A DNA stretch of 64,000 bases, from the NCBI GenBank assembly GCA_918797485.1, contig CAKKNE010000002.1:1116001-1180000 (forward strand). The letters run 5' to 3'. A program made the translations under genes and the position numbers. The notes under the pieces are model-generated. The model worked only from the letters and a program-made list of their open reading frames with translations, did not search any database and was not told the DNA's origin. The DNA comes from Pelagomonas calceolata. Its lineage: Eukaryota. Shown here one piece after another: positions 41,412 through 52,300 of this stretch (positions within the stretch are counted from its first letter, which is position 1; each line of letters starts with the position of its first letter).

Positions 41412-43896
41412 ATGGCCAAAAACGGAGGCGAGGTCTGGACCGCCGCCGGCAAGAGCCAGGACGACTTTATGCTTAAGGATGAATGCATTCTGCTGGACTT
41501 CGCGGACAACGTGATCGGCCACGACAATAAATACAACGCGCACAAGTGGGTCGTCGGCCAGCCGCGGGGCATGCTTCATAGGGCCTTCTCCGTCATGTTG
41601 TTTGACAAGTCGGGTCGATTGTTACTGCAGCAACGCGCTTCTGATAAAATAACGTTCCCCGACGTCTGGACGAACACGTGCTGTTCGCACCCTTTGTATG
41701 GCATGGCGCCCAGCGAAGTCGACCAGCCAGAAGCTACCCTCAAGGGCCAACCTGTGGGAGTCTTCCACGCGGCCATAAGAAAGCTAGGCCACGAGCTCGG
41801 CATCTCATCAACAGATCTGGACGTGAACAAGTTCGCCTTCGTCACGCGGGTCCACTACGCGGCCGCGGACGTCGTCACGCATGGTCCCGACGCGCCGTGG
41901 GGCGAGCACGAGATCGACTACTTGCTGTGCTACAAGCTCGACATTGATGGTGAGTCTTTATCCATGAAACCGCATCCGGAGGAAGTGCGAGCCACGCGAT
42001 GGGTCACGAAAGACGAATTGTTTCGATTGATGGACGAGAAAAAGGAGATGCCGCTGTGGTCGCCCTGGTTCTGCATAATTGCGAGAAAGTTCCTGGAGAC
42101 GACGTGGTGGGGCTCGTTGAAAGATAAGAAGGCCGTGGTCAAGACGTGCAAGGACTGGGCGACGATTCATAGGTTTGATTGTCCGGACCACCTGGCGGTC
42201 GACGGCGTCGGCGGCGGCCAGGGCCATGCGACGCCGTTCCTCGACGATCTGGAGAAGCAAGTGCGCGCGGCACCGAAGAAGGAGGCCGAGATCCTCAAAT
42301 CAGCTTTTAGGAAGGAGATGCTGAACGACATCGCAACTACAACATCAGTACACGGTCGCAGCGGTTCTTCGCTGAAGCAGGGGGCATACGGGAAGGTGCG
42401 ATCTCGGCGTCCCGCGGTTCCGCGGTGCCTTCACGCCATCGATGCGACTCGTGTCCACCTCACGATGCCGTGGGTCGTTTCTTTTTCGACTTTGGGGCCG
42501 TTCGGACCGCGTCGAACGACCGCGATGCTCCGCGCAGGTCCCGACGCACTCGCACTCGAAGTTAGATCAACTCCTGAGACCGAGGGAGGTCATTGCTGCG
42601 TTAACACTGAAATTCGCGCCGAAACTAGCTGGATTGAGAGATAATTTGGGAGGCTCTACGAATGAGGACGTGCGTTTTTGCGACGACATGCTCTGCAAAG
42701 TCTCTAGATCGTTCGCTGCCGTGATTCAACAATTGCCCGCAGGGTGCTGCATCGACATCTGCGTCTTCTATTTAGTACTACGCGCGTTAGACACCGTCGA
42801 GGACGACATGACGTTTTACGCCGGAAATGAGGGAAAGAAAGAGCAGGAGCTGCGGGCCTTCGCGTCGACGCGGTTGCTGAATGATAGTATGGAGCCCATC
42901 CGAGGCTGCGGCGAAGGTGATGAGAGATTACTGTTAGAAAACTTTGGAGCGGTGGCGCGCGTCTTTGCCTCGCTGCCGAAGACGTCGCGAGACGTCATCC
43001 AGGACGTCACCCAAAAGATGGGCGACGGCATGGCCGACTACGTGACGGCGGAACTGGCCCAGGGTACGCAAGATACGGCGGCGTATAACCTGTATTGCCA
43101 CAATGTCGCTGGTTTAGTAGGTGAAGGGCTGACCGGTATCTTTGTCGGGAGGGAGTACGAAAGTCGTTCGATAGAAGCTGGTGGTCAATTAACGTGGCCC
43201 TTCTGCTCTGGTGAGAACCATCTAGGCCTCGCGAACAGCATGGGCCTCTTCCTGCAGAAAACGAATATTATCCGAGATTACCTCGAGGACTACGTCGACG
43301 GGCGGGCGTTCTGGCCGCGGTCCGTGTGGACGAAGTACGCTACGATTGATGACTTAGGGGACTTTACAAGGCCAGCCGCTCGCGGCGGCGGCGATGCGAA
43401 GTGCATCGACACGGATCATGCGAAGAGTATAGTGACGAAGGGCGCATCTCACAGAGCCTTGCATTGCCTCAACGATTTGGTTGCGGATGCTCTCGAGTTA
43501 GTACCCGATGCTTTGGAATACTTGTCAAGGTTGAAAACCCCGGAGGTTTATAGATTCTGCGCGATCCCCCAGGTTATGGCCATCGCTACTCTCTACGAGT
43601 GCTTCGACAACGAGGAGGTTTTTACTGGAGTTGTTAAAATAAGAAAGGGTACCGCTGCTAGACTGATCGTCGACACGCAAAAGGGGCACTTGACGACGTT
43701 ACAAACCTTTAGGAGATACGCGTTGTTGCTCCAGAAGCGTTCGTCGACGTGCCGCGCGCCTCCCCATGTTCAGCAGCGCGTGGCCGATGCGGCGGCCGCG
43801 ATTCTGGAAGCGACGCCGGCGCCGTCTCTTATACAGAGGTACGGTTCTACAATCGTCGCGTTGGCTGCCGTCGGGGCCTACGCGGCGCTCAACTAA
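41412..43896 (+). CDS. IDISQS: Isopentenyl-diphosphate isomerase - squalene synthase fusion, 2 exons, about 780 aa
   Basis: IDI (LHRAFSV, WTNTCCSHP, WGEHEIDY) and SQS (VSRSF, YLVLRALDTVEDD, YCHNVAGLVG, MGLFLQKTNIIRDYLED, FCAIPQVMAIATL). A GT-AG intron at 42396-42537 joins them in frame. Confidence 0.92.
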
Positions 43897-43910
43897 GACC
43901 TTTTACTACA

Positions 43911-44969
43911 TTACTGCACGGTTTCTGAGTCGTCGTCGACGGCGTCAGTGGGCAAGGCCCGCGGCGCCGGATCTAAACGATACTCCGCCGTATCTCCTAC
44001 ATGACAGTAGCCGGCGCGCGTCCAGAGCCCGTCCAGGGCGCCGGCGGGAACGACCACCGTGGCAAACCCAGGGCCAGTGCGGTCGTCGAGCAGTACCGAC
44101 GTCACGCTCTTGACCAGTTCCGTCGCATGACCTGCTCGTCGCAGGCTCGGCGGCGTATAGACGAGACCAATTCTGCGGCCGCCGGGACTCGTCGCCTGGC
44201 CAACCACTCCACAAATACAAGCTAGCTCCCCGTCCTTTTGGCGCCGCACATAAACGCCGCCGAAGCGCTCGAGCGCCACGCGACCCGGTGTCCGTTGCGC
44301 CGCGTCGATGCCCGCTTCGACCTCGCACGCGTCCAGCCACTCGATGACCGTGGCCGCGGAGCGCGACTCGCCGGTAACGAGCTCCGGCCGACCCGCTTCC
44401 TCTGCCGGTCGTCGTCGAGAAAAAATGCGCAGGCCGCCGGTCTTCTCCGGCGCCTTCCAACGCCGCCGGAAGGCGAGTTGCCTCGAAAAGGCCTCGGCGA
44501 GCGACGCCGGGCCGGATACTTGTTTTACGTTTGCCTCGGCCTCGGCGAGGCATTCTGCGAGCAGTAACGCCGCCTGCATCGCGACGCCGTCATTGCCGTC
44601 GCCGCACAAGCGCAGCGTCCCATCGCCGATCGGCGGCCGCAGCGCGCCGAGCACCGCGTCGGCACCGCTGCGCACCACGAAATAGTCGCCGCCCGACGGG
44701 CAGCGCGCCGCCGCCGCCGCCGCGAGCTCCAGCGTCATGAACTCAAAGTCGGCCCGCGGCAGCAGCATGGGCGCCGCGACCTTCAGGAAGGCCGCCGCGT
44801 TCGGGGCCTTCGTGACGATGGGTGGCGGCGGCGGCGGCGCCGTGCGCTCCGTTCGCGCCGCGACGCGGGCCAGGGTTTCGCGGAAGAGGCTGCCCGGTGT
44901 CGGTTGCGCATCGGTGCTGGCTGCGTCGGCGTCCTCTTCAATTCTAAGCCCGGCGAGGTGCCCGGCCAT
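43911..44969 (-). CDS. GNAT-family acetyltransferase
   Basis: RIGLVYTPPSLRRAGHAT acetyl-CoA motif and LWTRAGY. Start taken at ATG 44969. Confidence 0.75.
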   Translation of the reverse strand: MAGHLAGLRIEEDADAASTDAQPTPGSLFRETLARVAARTERTAPPPPPPIVTKAPNAAAFLKVAAPMLLPRADFEFMTLELAAAAAARCPSGGDYFVVRSGADAVLGALRPPIGDGTLRLCGDGNDGVAMQAALLLAECLAEAEANVKQVSGPASLAEAFSRQLAFRRRWKAPEKTGGLRIFSRRRPAEEAGRPELVTGESRSAATVIEWLDACEVEAGIDAAQRTPGRVALERFGGVYVRRQKDGELACICGVVGQATSPGGRRIGLVYTPPSLRRAGHATELVKSVTSVLLDDRTGPGFATVVVPAGALDGLWTRAGYCHVGDTAEYRLDPAPRALPTDAVDDDSETVQ

Positions 44970-45282
44970 TGCGTTCTTCAATTCTAAGCGCGAGGCAGCA
45001 CTACAAGCTCGTATAGGCTGCCCAAGGTGTCGAGAGATCGATGAGCTCATGAGAGCGTGCGGGTTCCTTACGACCTCTGAAACACAGCCTCCAATGCGTG
45101 CAACAGGCACTTGTGCACGTCCCCTCGACTGCGTCTCCGCCAACCCGCGAGATCGCCATCAATCTGTTTGAATACCAACTACTAATATTCAGAAGCCGTC
45201 GGTGACCACCTGCGGGGCTGCTTCGACCGCGAGCGGACCGCCGCGAGGTCCTACGAGGCTACTCTCTCGGCGCACAGAACCG

Positions 45283-46194
45283 ATGGCGCCGGCTGTTGTG
45301 CTCACGCACGTCGAGGACCCCTATGCGTCGCACTGGAGCTGCCGCGCAAGGGCCCCGTACGCGGACGAGGCGCCGACGTTCGACGACCATTGGACCTGTC
45401 GCGAGCGGCCGCCGCCGGTGAGCACGCCGCGCAAGACGTTCCTCGCCCGCCGCGCGGCCGCGTCGACGCCGGACGTCGGACAGCCCATGCGCCACCCCGG
45501 CGTGCTCGCGTTGCCGCAGGATAAGACGCTCGTGAATCTGGAGGGGAACATCGGCGCCGGCAAGAGCACGCTCCTGCGCGTGCTGAAGGCGGCCTACGGC
45601 GGCTGCAGCGCCGTCCGCTTCGTCGACGAGCCCGTCGCGCAATGGGAGCGCGCGGGCCTGCTCGCGGCGCTCTACGCGGGCAAGATGTCGCCCGCGGCCT
45701 TTCAGCTCACCGCGATGGTCACGCGGGCGGCCGCACTGAAGGAAGCCCTCGCGGATCCTTTTGCGAAAGTGATCATCAGCGAGCGGTCGCTTGCGTCGGA
45801 CCGTGCGGTCTTCGCGGAGACGCAGCTCTCCGGCGCCGACCGGGACGCGTACGACCTCGCTTACGAGACGATCGAACTGCCAGCGGTCGCCGCGACGGCT
45901 ACCGTGCTGCTCGAGTGTCCCGTCGAGGAATTGACGAGGCGCGTCGCGCGTCGCCGCCGCGACGGCGAGAATCACGTCTCGGGCGAGTACCTGCAGATGC
46001 TCGAAGCCGCGCACGAGCGCTACTTTGCGACTCTCGACCGCGCGAGTCGCGTCGACGCGTCGGCCGCGCCCGACGACGTCGCACGAGGCGTGGTGAATGC
46101 GATCAACGGCCTCGTCGCGCCTTCTTTGCCGAAGCCGCGAATGCGGTCGCCGACGAGTGTGGCGGACCTTGTCGACAATGACTCCGACGTTTGA
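45283..46194 (+). CDS. Deoxynucleoside kinase
   Basis: P-loop EGNIGAGKST, DEPV, ERSLASD..VF, RRDGE and EYL..L...H. Confidence 0.9.
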   Translation: MAPAVVLTHVEDPYASHWSCRARAPYADEAPTFDDHWTCRERPPPVSTPRKTFLARRAAASTPDVGQPMRHPGVLALPQDKTLVNLEGNIGAGKSTLLRVLKAAYGGCSAVRFVDEPVAQWERAGLLAALYAGKMSPAAFQLTAMVTRAAALKEALADPFAKVIISERSLASDRAVFAETQLSGADRDAYDLAYETIELPAVAATATVLLECPVEELTRRVARRRRDGENHVSGEYLQMLEAAHERYFATLDRASRVDASAAPDDVARGVVNAINGLVAPSLPKPRMRSPTSVADLVDNDSDV

Positions 46195-46256
46195 GACTTC
46201 TAGTGAGCTAATGGTAACTTACTGGCGGAAACAACGTCCGAAAGCTCCCAAAGTGG

Positions 46257-46277
46257 GCTAGCGCAGTCAGACACTAG
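46257..46277 (+). promoter_or_regulatory. Recurrent upstream motif, shortened copy
   Basis: GCTAGCGCAGTCAGACACTAG. Confidence 0.45.
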
Positions 46278-46509
46278 GGCAAGCAACAAGCTCGGCACAA
46301 AGCAACGCAGCTCGGATACGCGCTCGGGAGGGACTACCGTGCAGTGTCCGCTCGTTTCCTCAATCTCCGGCTGCGCGACGTTCCCCCACTAGCTTTACGC
46401 CGCCGACGCGGCGGTATTGACTGAGTTTGGCTGGCAGGACAACCCGAGGAAGCAAAAGAAACCCTCGTAAAGTGACAGCTCAACAGCTTGTAGTGCTTGC
46501 GAAGCGTAC

Positions 46510-48344
46510 ATGAGAAGAGGGGAAAACTCTCCGCTCATCTCTCGGTCGCAAATGGAACAGCCCGCCGCCGAAGTCCGCGGCAGCGCCGCGCTCGACGCGA
46601 CCGAGCCCGGCGCCCACGATGCAAGAAGAGAAGCGCGCGTCCGCTATCTTGCTTTACTAGCATGTATCAACTCCGTGAGCCTGGGCTACCAGATCGGGGC
46701 CGTGACCGTCTCCAACGGGTTGGTAAAAAGACACCTCGACCTGTCGAACGCGCAGCTCGCGGCCTATGAAGCGTCAGTTAACATCGCGGCCATCGCCGGC
46801 GCTATATTATCAGGCCTCATCTCCGAAGAGCTTGGAAGGCGCAAGGTCTTCCTCCTCTCCGCTTTTGTATTTAGCGCGGGGTCGGTCGTGCAAGCTTTGT
46901 CTTGGACGTACGCGTCGCTGCTCGTGGGCATCCTCCTTGTTGGTTTAGGAGTGGGCATCGGCCTGGCCATCGACCCGTTATATATCGCGGAGATCTCGCC
47001 GCCGGGCGGCCGCGGTTTTTTCGTCACTTATAGCGAGGCGGCGATCTCCGCCGGTCAATTACTCGGTTATGTCATCGCATTAATAATAAACGCGTCGATG
47101 GGCAGCTGCGCCTGCGCCTGGCGGTTGATGTTGGGGTTGGGCGTCGTGCCGGCGGCGTGCCTCGCGTACGCGGTAATTTTCATCATGCCCGAATCACCAA
47201 GGTGGCTCGCGCGGCACGGGCGCGAGGAGGAGGCGAGGAAGGTCTTGGAGGACGATTTGCAGTGGGACGCGACGCGGGCCCAGGCCATCCTCGAGGACGT
47301 GCGAGCCGAAGCGGCCCAGGCGCCGGCCGCGGGCCAGACGTGGCTTGGGCTATTACATTTGGCGCGGACGAAGCCGGCCGTGCCGCCTCGGCGTCCTTTT
47401 TTCAACGCGCAGTCGCGTCGTATCGACGCAACGTCCGCGCAGGTGAGGCGCATGCTATTAGTAGGCGTCGGTACGGCCGTCGCGCAGCAACTGAGCGGCA
47501 CGGACGCGCTCTTCTACAACTACGTCAAGGCCGCCGACGCGGTCGGCTTCTCGCGGCTCTGGAAGGTCTACGCTACTTTGGTCGGGTTTGGCACGTGCAA
47601 ACTGATCACGGCCTTCGCGTCGATGTATCTGCTCGATACCGTGGGAACCTGTGTGGAAATCAAATTTTGGGCGCCCCACGCCATCGACGCGATGCTGTAC
47701 CTATAACTGCGTCTGCTCGATGGCGTAGAGTTCACGCCATCGACGCGACGTTGTTCCCATGACCGCGTCTGGTCGATGGCGTGGAGGTGCACGAAGGTCT
47801 CCGCAATATTTCTCAGGATAACCTAACTCACTGGTCTATTTCCCCACAGGTGGGAAGAAGGCCGCTCGTCGTGGCGTCGGCCTTTGCGACCACGACGGTG
47901 CTCTACCTCCTGGCGTTGGTGTTTGGATGGGCGACGGAGCAGCGAGGCAATTCGGGATATGAGTCGCTGGTGATTTTGCTGTTTTATGCCTACGTCATCG
48001 CGTTCGAGATCGGCCTGGGGCCGGGCTGCTGGCTCGTGCCCTCGGAGTGCTTCTATAATGATATTAGGATGCGGGCCATGTCGCTCGCGACCTTTGCCAA
48101 TAGATGTACGACGACGGGCGTCGTCGGCACGGCCATATCCATCCAGCGCGCCTGGAGCTGGAGCGGCTTTTATGCGTGGTACGGCTCGGTGTGCCTGACC
48201 GGAGCCGTGTTCCTATTCGTGTTTCTGCCGGAGACGAAAGGAAAGTCGCTAGAACAGATGTACACGTACTTTGAGAAGATTACGGGCGGTGATTTCGGCG
48301 CGGCGCTCTCGGCGAGCGAGGGCGGGCAACCGGCCTTGGCCTAG
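46510..48344 (+). CDS. Sugar-porter (MFS) transporter, 3 exons
   Basis: EELGRR, YIAEISP, PESPRWL, QQLSG, DTVGRRP and PETKGKSLE. Introns at 47380-47442 and 47641-47849. Confidence 0.9.
47649..47849. mobile_element. Long (201 bp) introner; forms intron 47641-47849
   Basis: Ends CTGTGTGGAAAT...ATTTCCCCACAG. TSD GTGGGAAC/GTGGGAAG (7 of 8). Shares internal blocks TAACTGCGTCTGCTCGATGGC and AACCTAACTCACTG with 10721-10820. Confidence 0.88.
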
Positions 48345-48601
48345 TTTTGAGCATGTAAGTTTCGTTCAAAGAGATAGTGCGGGTCAGCCACGCGACTCCA
48401 CGCCGTGCCCCTCAGTTTCGCCCCAGCGCTGAGCTAGTTACACCCCCACTAGATTTGTTTTCGCGTTCTGGCTCGCGGGCGTCGGCTCGGACGCGTATGC
48501 CGTCGTAACGTGATTGTGTGTGTTTCCGCGCGTCGCGATTCACCGGCCGCCCCTTGCTGTTTAGAACGAACACCAATCTTACACCGTTAAGAAGGCAGGG
48601 C

Positions 48602-50476
48602 CTAGCTGCCGCACGTCTTACAGATGCAGTCCCCAGCAGGCGGCACCGCGCGGCGCGGGCACCTCTGACAAAAGGCGTTCCACTTCGCCTCGGTGTACGT
48701 CTCCCAGGCGGCCGTCTCTTCGTTCCACCAGTACTCCGGTTCCGGTCCAAAGCCGCGCGGCGCGTGCCGCTTCTTGCAGCGTTGTTTGAGGCCAATGTTC
48801 TTCTTGATACATTTTCGATACCGATGCGGTTTTTTCCCGTACCACATCCCCGTCAGCTCAGCTGAACAACGCAAATCATACGACAAAGTCTCGCCCCGCA
48901 GAGCAGCCTGCTGTCTCTCCGCAGCCTGCCGCGCGGCGGCAGCACGGGCCAAACTTGCACTAGAACTCGCGGCGTGCCGCGCACTATCATCTTCACTGAC
49001 CAATACGTCACTAAGTGGTGGTCGTGGATCCATGTTCCCGGCGTGGAAAATCCCCGAGCCAACTAGGGCTTCGCGGAACTTCTCGATCTCCCGGCCCGTG
49101 ACCTTGCACAAGCACCGCAACTTGCTTCGAGAGTCACCGTCCAGCAACGTACTAAGTTCAGACGCGTCATCACCTAAATCTCCCCCGGCCGCGACCCACT
49201 CCACTTCCCGCGGAGGCCTTCGAGCAAAAGCAACAAAAGACAGGAGCGTTCTACCATTAAAGCCAAGCGCCTCCGCGGACCGCATCGCGCGCGGCGCCCC
49301 ATCATCCACAAACTCGGGCTCCGTCGCCCACCTGGGCGGCGGTTCTTCCGGCGCGAAGGCCTCGAGGACATGCAGCTGCACGCCGAAGAGCCGCCGCGCG
49401 GACGTCGTCGACGCCGCGAGCGACAACGTCGTGGCGCGCGGCGCCCAGTTAACAGGCATCGCGAAGTCGCCGCCGTCCAACTCGGCCTCCAACACCCGCA
49501 GCATCGGGTTGGCTCTGTCCGCCGCGGCGCGCTGGGCGGCGTCTTCCGCCAGTTCGGCGAGGACGGCCGGGGCACGGACGGTCGTGGCCTGGAAAAAGTA
49601 AGTGGGCGGCGGCACGAGGCCCGCCTGCACGCGATCCAGCAGCGCCCTCGCGTGGGTCCACTGGCAGGTACAAGACTCGTTTTGGCAGCTGCCGAATCTT
49701 CCTTGTCCGCCCCACTGCCCCTGGCAGTTCGCGCACGAGAAAGTTCCGTCTCCGTTGCTGACTTTGAGGTCGCCCATCGACCATGCACCTTTCGACAGGA
49801 TGTGGACCCGGCGCTGGCAGTTCTCGCGAGCTGTGCAGGCCTTGCCCCGGCGATGAGCGGGGCACACGTCGAGGACGACGGGTTGCCCCGGGACGAACGG
49901 CGCCGCGGTGACCGGGTCCAGCGCCGACGGCGCGACCGGCACCGGCACGACGGGTAAGAGGGGCTGCGCGGCCGACGCGGGCGCCCCCAGGTCCATCGCG
50001 TCGCCCGCGGACAACATGTCCGCGTCGGCGCCGCCGAACGAGAGTCGTTCCTGGACCGCAGTCGTGGTCGTCTCCATCTCGTCGGGCTCGGGCTCGGGCG
50101 CCACCTTGGCCAGATCGTCGATGTCGTCGTCGGTATCATCGCCCATGCGGTCCCACACGTCATCATCGACCTCCGTCGCCGGCGGCGGATCGTCGTGGTT
50201 GGGCCTTTGCAGCTTCCGGTCGAAGCCGCCCGTGCCCTGGCCCTCGGCAATGTGTCTAATTGCTACGGCGCCCTCGCGGTTCGTCGCGCGCGTCGCGCGC
50301 GTCGGCGTGGTGTCGCCGTGGTTGCCGTCGGCCGCGGTTTCGCCCGCGTCGTTCTGGATCGGCGGCGGCGCTATCGCGCTTCGGCCGCGTTTGGGGCGCG
50401 ACGCGGCCGCGTCGCCGGCCACGGGGTAATCCGTGGCCTTCTTCTGCTGGCGCCGAGCCCTGCTGCCGCGGCCCAT
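48602..50476 (-). CDS. Hypothetical protein with Cys/His-rich putative zinc-binding segments
   Basis: 624-aa ORF with CPAH...C...C...H, CANC...C...C.C and a C-terminal CQRC...CICKTC. Confidence 0.6.
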   Translation of the reverse strand: MGRGSRARRQQKKATDYPVAGDAAASRPKRGRSAIAPPPIQNDAGETAADGNHGDTTPTRATRATNREGAVAIRHIAEGQGTGGFDRKLQRPNHDDPPPATEVDDDVWDRMGDDTDDDIDDLAKVAPEPEPDEMETTTTAVQERLSFGGADADMLSAGDAMDLGAPASAAQPLLPVVPVPVAPSALDPVTAAPFVPGQPVVLDVCPAHRRGKACTARENCQRRVHILSKGAWSMGDLKVSNGDGTFSCANCQGQWGGQGRFGSCQNESCTCQWTHARALLDRVQAGLVPPPTYFFQATTVRAPAVLAELAEDAAQRAAADRANPMLRVLEAELDGGDFAMPVNWAPRATTLSLAASTTSARRLFGVQLHVLEAFAPEEPPPRWATEPEFVDDGAPRAMRSAEALGFNGRTLLSFVAFARRPPREVEWVAAGGDLGDDASELSTLLDGDSRSKLRCLCKVTGREIEKFREALVGSGIFHAGNMDPRPPLSDVLVSEDDSARHAASSSASLARAAAARQAAERQQAALRGETLSYDLRCSAELTGMWYGKKPHRYRKCIKKNIGLKQRCKKRHAPRGFGPEPEYWWNEETAAWETYTEAKWNAFCQRCPRRAVPPAGDCICKTCGS

Positions 50477-50587
50477 CGTGCAACGCTGGGGCGTTGCGCT
50501 AGAAGCGCTACTTTAGCTTTGCTATAGTGATATATTGCTTCTGCGGCGAGGACGCTCGTCTGGGAGTGAATTTGATCCTAGGGATGC

Positions 50588-50609
50588 CTAGTGGCTTACA
50601 GGTCGCTAG
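50588..50609 (-). promoter_or_regulatory. Recurrent upstream motif, copy
   Basis: Reverse complement reads CTAGCGACCTGTAAGCCACTAG, between divergent ORFs. Confidence 0.55.
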
Positions 50610-50730
50610 GTCCACAAAAACGCCCCAGCTCTGGGCAGAGGGAAATACACGCCTGCTGCAGTGCAAACCCCCAAAAAGTATCCGCATCAATCACAAACTA
50701 CTTCGACGACGCACCACCAGCGAATCTAGC

Positions 50731-51891
50731 ATGACGCTACACCACAAAGCAGAGGAGGGCCCGACGCCCGGCCGCGACCCGCGCTACAGACAGCACAGCG
50801 TTGCGAGAGCGGTCGCGAGATCGCGCCTGGACGCCACGTCGCTCATCCGCCCGGTCCTGACCTACCTGTTGTACGCGGTGACGATTCCGTTCAATCTGGC
50901 CTCCCGCGCGTGCGCCATGTTGAGCGAAAAGGCCGGCAACCGCAGCCATGCTTTATTGAGCGCTGCCGGGCAGCAGAACTCGAAGGACGCCGCCAAGACC
51001 GACGCGGTCTGCGATGAGGCGTGCGCGGTCCTGGCACACCGCATGAAGGTCGATAGACTCTCGGGCGGCAGAGTGATCGAGGCGACCACAGTTGTCCTGT
51101 TCCACAACATCGAGGCCGGGACGATCGACGCGCGGCAGCGCGATTTAGTCATCAGCGGCCTGGGCTGGTCCGCGCGCTGCGCGTTCGCCTTGCTGAACCG
51201 GATGATCCGGGAGCATCGGATGACGATGTGCAAGGCCGACTTCGACCGCTGCCTCGAGATGATCCAGACGCGCGTCGTCGGCTCGCGGCGCGAGGAGCTC
51301 GGAGGCTTGTTACGGGCGGGCGACGAAACGAAGCACCCGGTGATCTTCACGGTCGTGACGACGGTCGTGCCGGCGCCGCCGGGCCACCCCGCGCACGGCC
51401 TCTTGATGCTCCCCCTCGTCGTCTCGTTCATCGCGATGGTCTCGCAACCGTCGATGACGTCGACGTCGATGCGGCGCTTCTACGAGGACCCGTTCTTCCA
51501 GGCGCTGCTCGTGTGTGTCTTCCTGCACTTCGGCGTGTCGCCCGGCGAGTCCGAGGCCGAGATCGACGTCATCCGCGCGCAGATCGGGCGCGCCAGGCAG
51601 CTCCAAACTCAGCTGCCGGCCTGGTGGGGCTTCGACGAAGGACCATCAAAGTGTGGGAACGCCGTCTTCTACGGCATGTCGCACGCGGAAATCGCGCGCG
51701 TCCCGGAGCGCATCGCCAAGGCGCTCCTCTCCGACGCGCACACGAAGGGCCCGCACAAGATCCTCGACCTCAACTCGCGCGTGACCGTCGAGCTCATCCT
51801 CGAGGCAGCGAGGGAGGGCAGCCCTTGCGGCGACGTCGCGGTGCTCAAGCTCCTCGGCAAGCCCGAAGAGTCGCAGTGCGTCGCCGTGTAG
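50731..51891 (+). CDS. Hypothetical protein
   Basis: Long ORF with host-like GC3-rich codons from ATG 50731. No motif recognised. Confidence 0.6.
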   Translation: MTLHHKAEEGPTPGRDPRYRQHSVARAVARSRLDATSLIRPVLTYLLYAVTIPFNLASRACAMLSEKAGNRSHALLSAAGQQNSKDAAKTDAVCDEACAVLAHRMKVDRLSGGRVIEATTVVLFHNIEAGTIDARQRDLVISGLGWSARCAFALLNRMIREHRMTMCKADFDRCLEMIQTRVVGSRREELGGLLRAGDETKHPVIFTVVTTVVPAPPGHPAHGLLMLPLVVSFIAMVSQPSMTSTSMRRFYEDPFFQALLVCVFLHFGVSPGESEAEIDVIRAQIGRARQLQTQLPAWWGFDEGPSKCGNAVFYGMSHAEIARVPERIAKALLSDAHTKGPHKILDLNSRVTVELILEAAREGSPCGDVAVLKLLGKPEESQCVAV

Positions 51892-51996
51892 TTGGTAGGG
51901 TCTTAATCTAGTATGTATATGATTATTCCGAGGAGGATGCGGGCCTGAAGATCAGGACCTCCGCCGATCAGGAAGAGGCATACAAAGGTTCCTTCT

Positions 51997-52065
51997 GTCT
52001 TCGAAAAGAGCTGGCTCGGGAGCACGTACGACCAGGTGGCCAAGCTGACGGCCTCTGACGCCGCT
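51997..52065 (+). pseudogene. Tiny FG-GAP-repeat gene remnant
   Basis: VFEKSWLGSTYDQVAKLTASDAA matches the xQxAKLTASDAA linker of FG-GAP repeats. Confidence 0.5.
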
Positions 52066-52300
52066 TTTTTGGGCTCGCGCACTAGGCCGAGCCGCCCAAT
52101 TCACTACCACTCCCCCGTCAACATCAACATCTATCTCCGAGTCGCCCGGGCGGACTCCGCCCTCGGTCGCTGGCTCCTCTCCACCCTGAATCGCTCGGGC
52201 CCTGCCCTCGACGCACGCTGGTTCGCACTAAGACACCGTACTTCCTACCACCCCGCGTCCCTAACGGCGCCGATGACGCTAAGGACATTCACTTGTAAAC

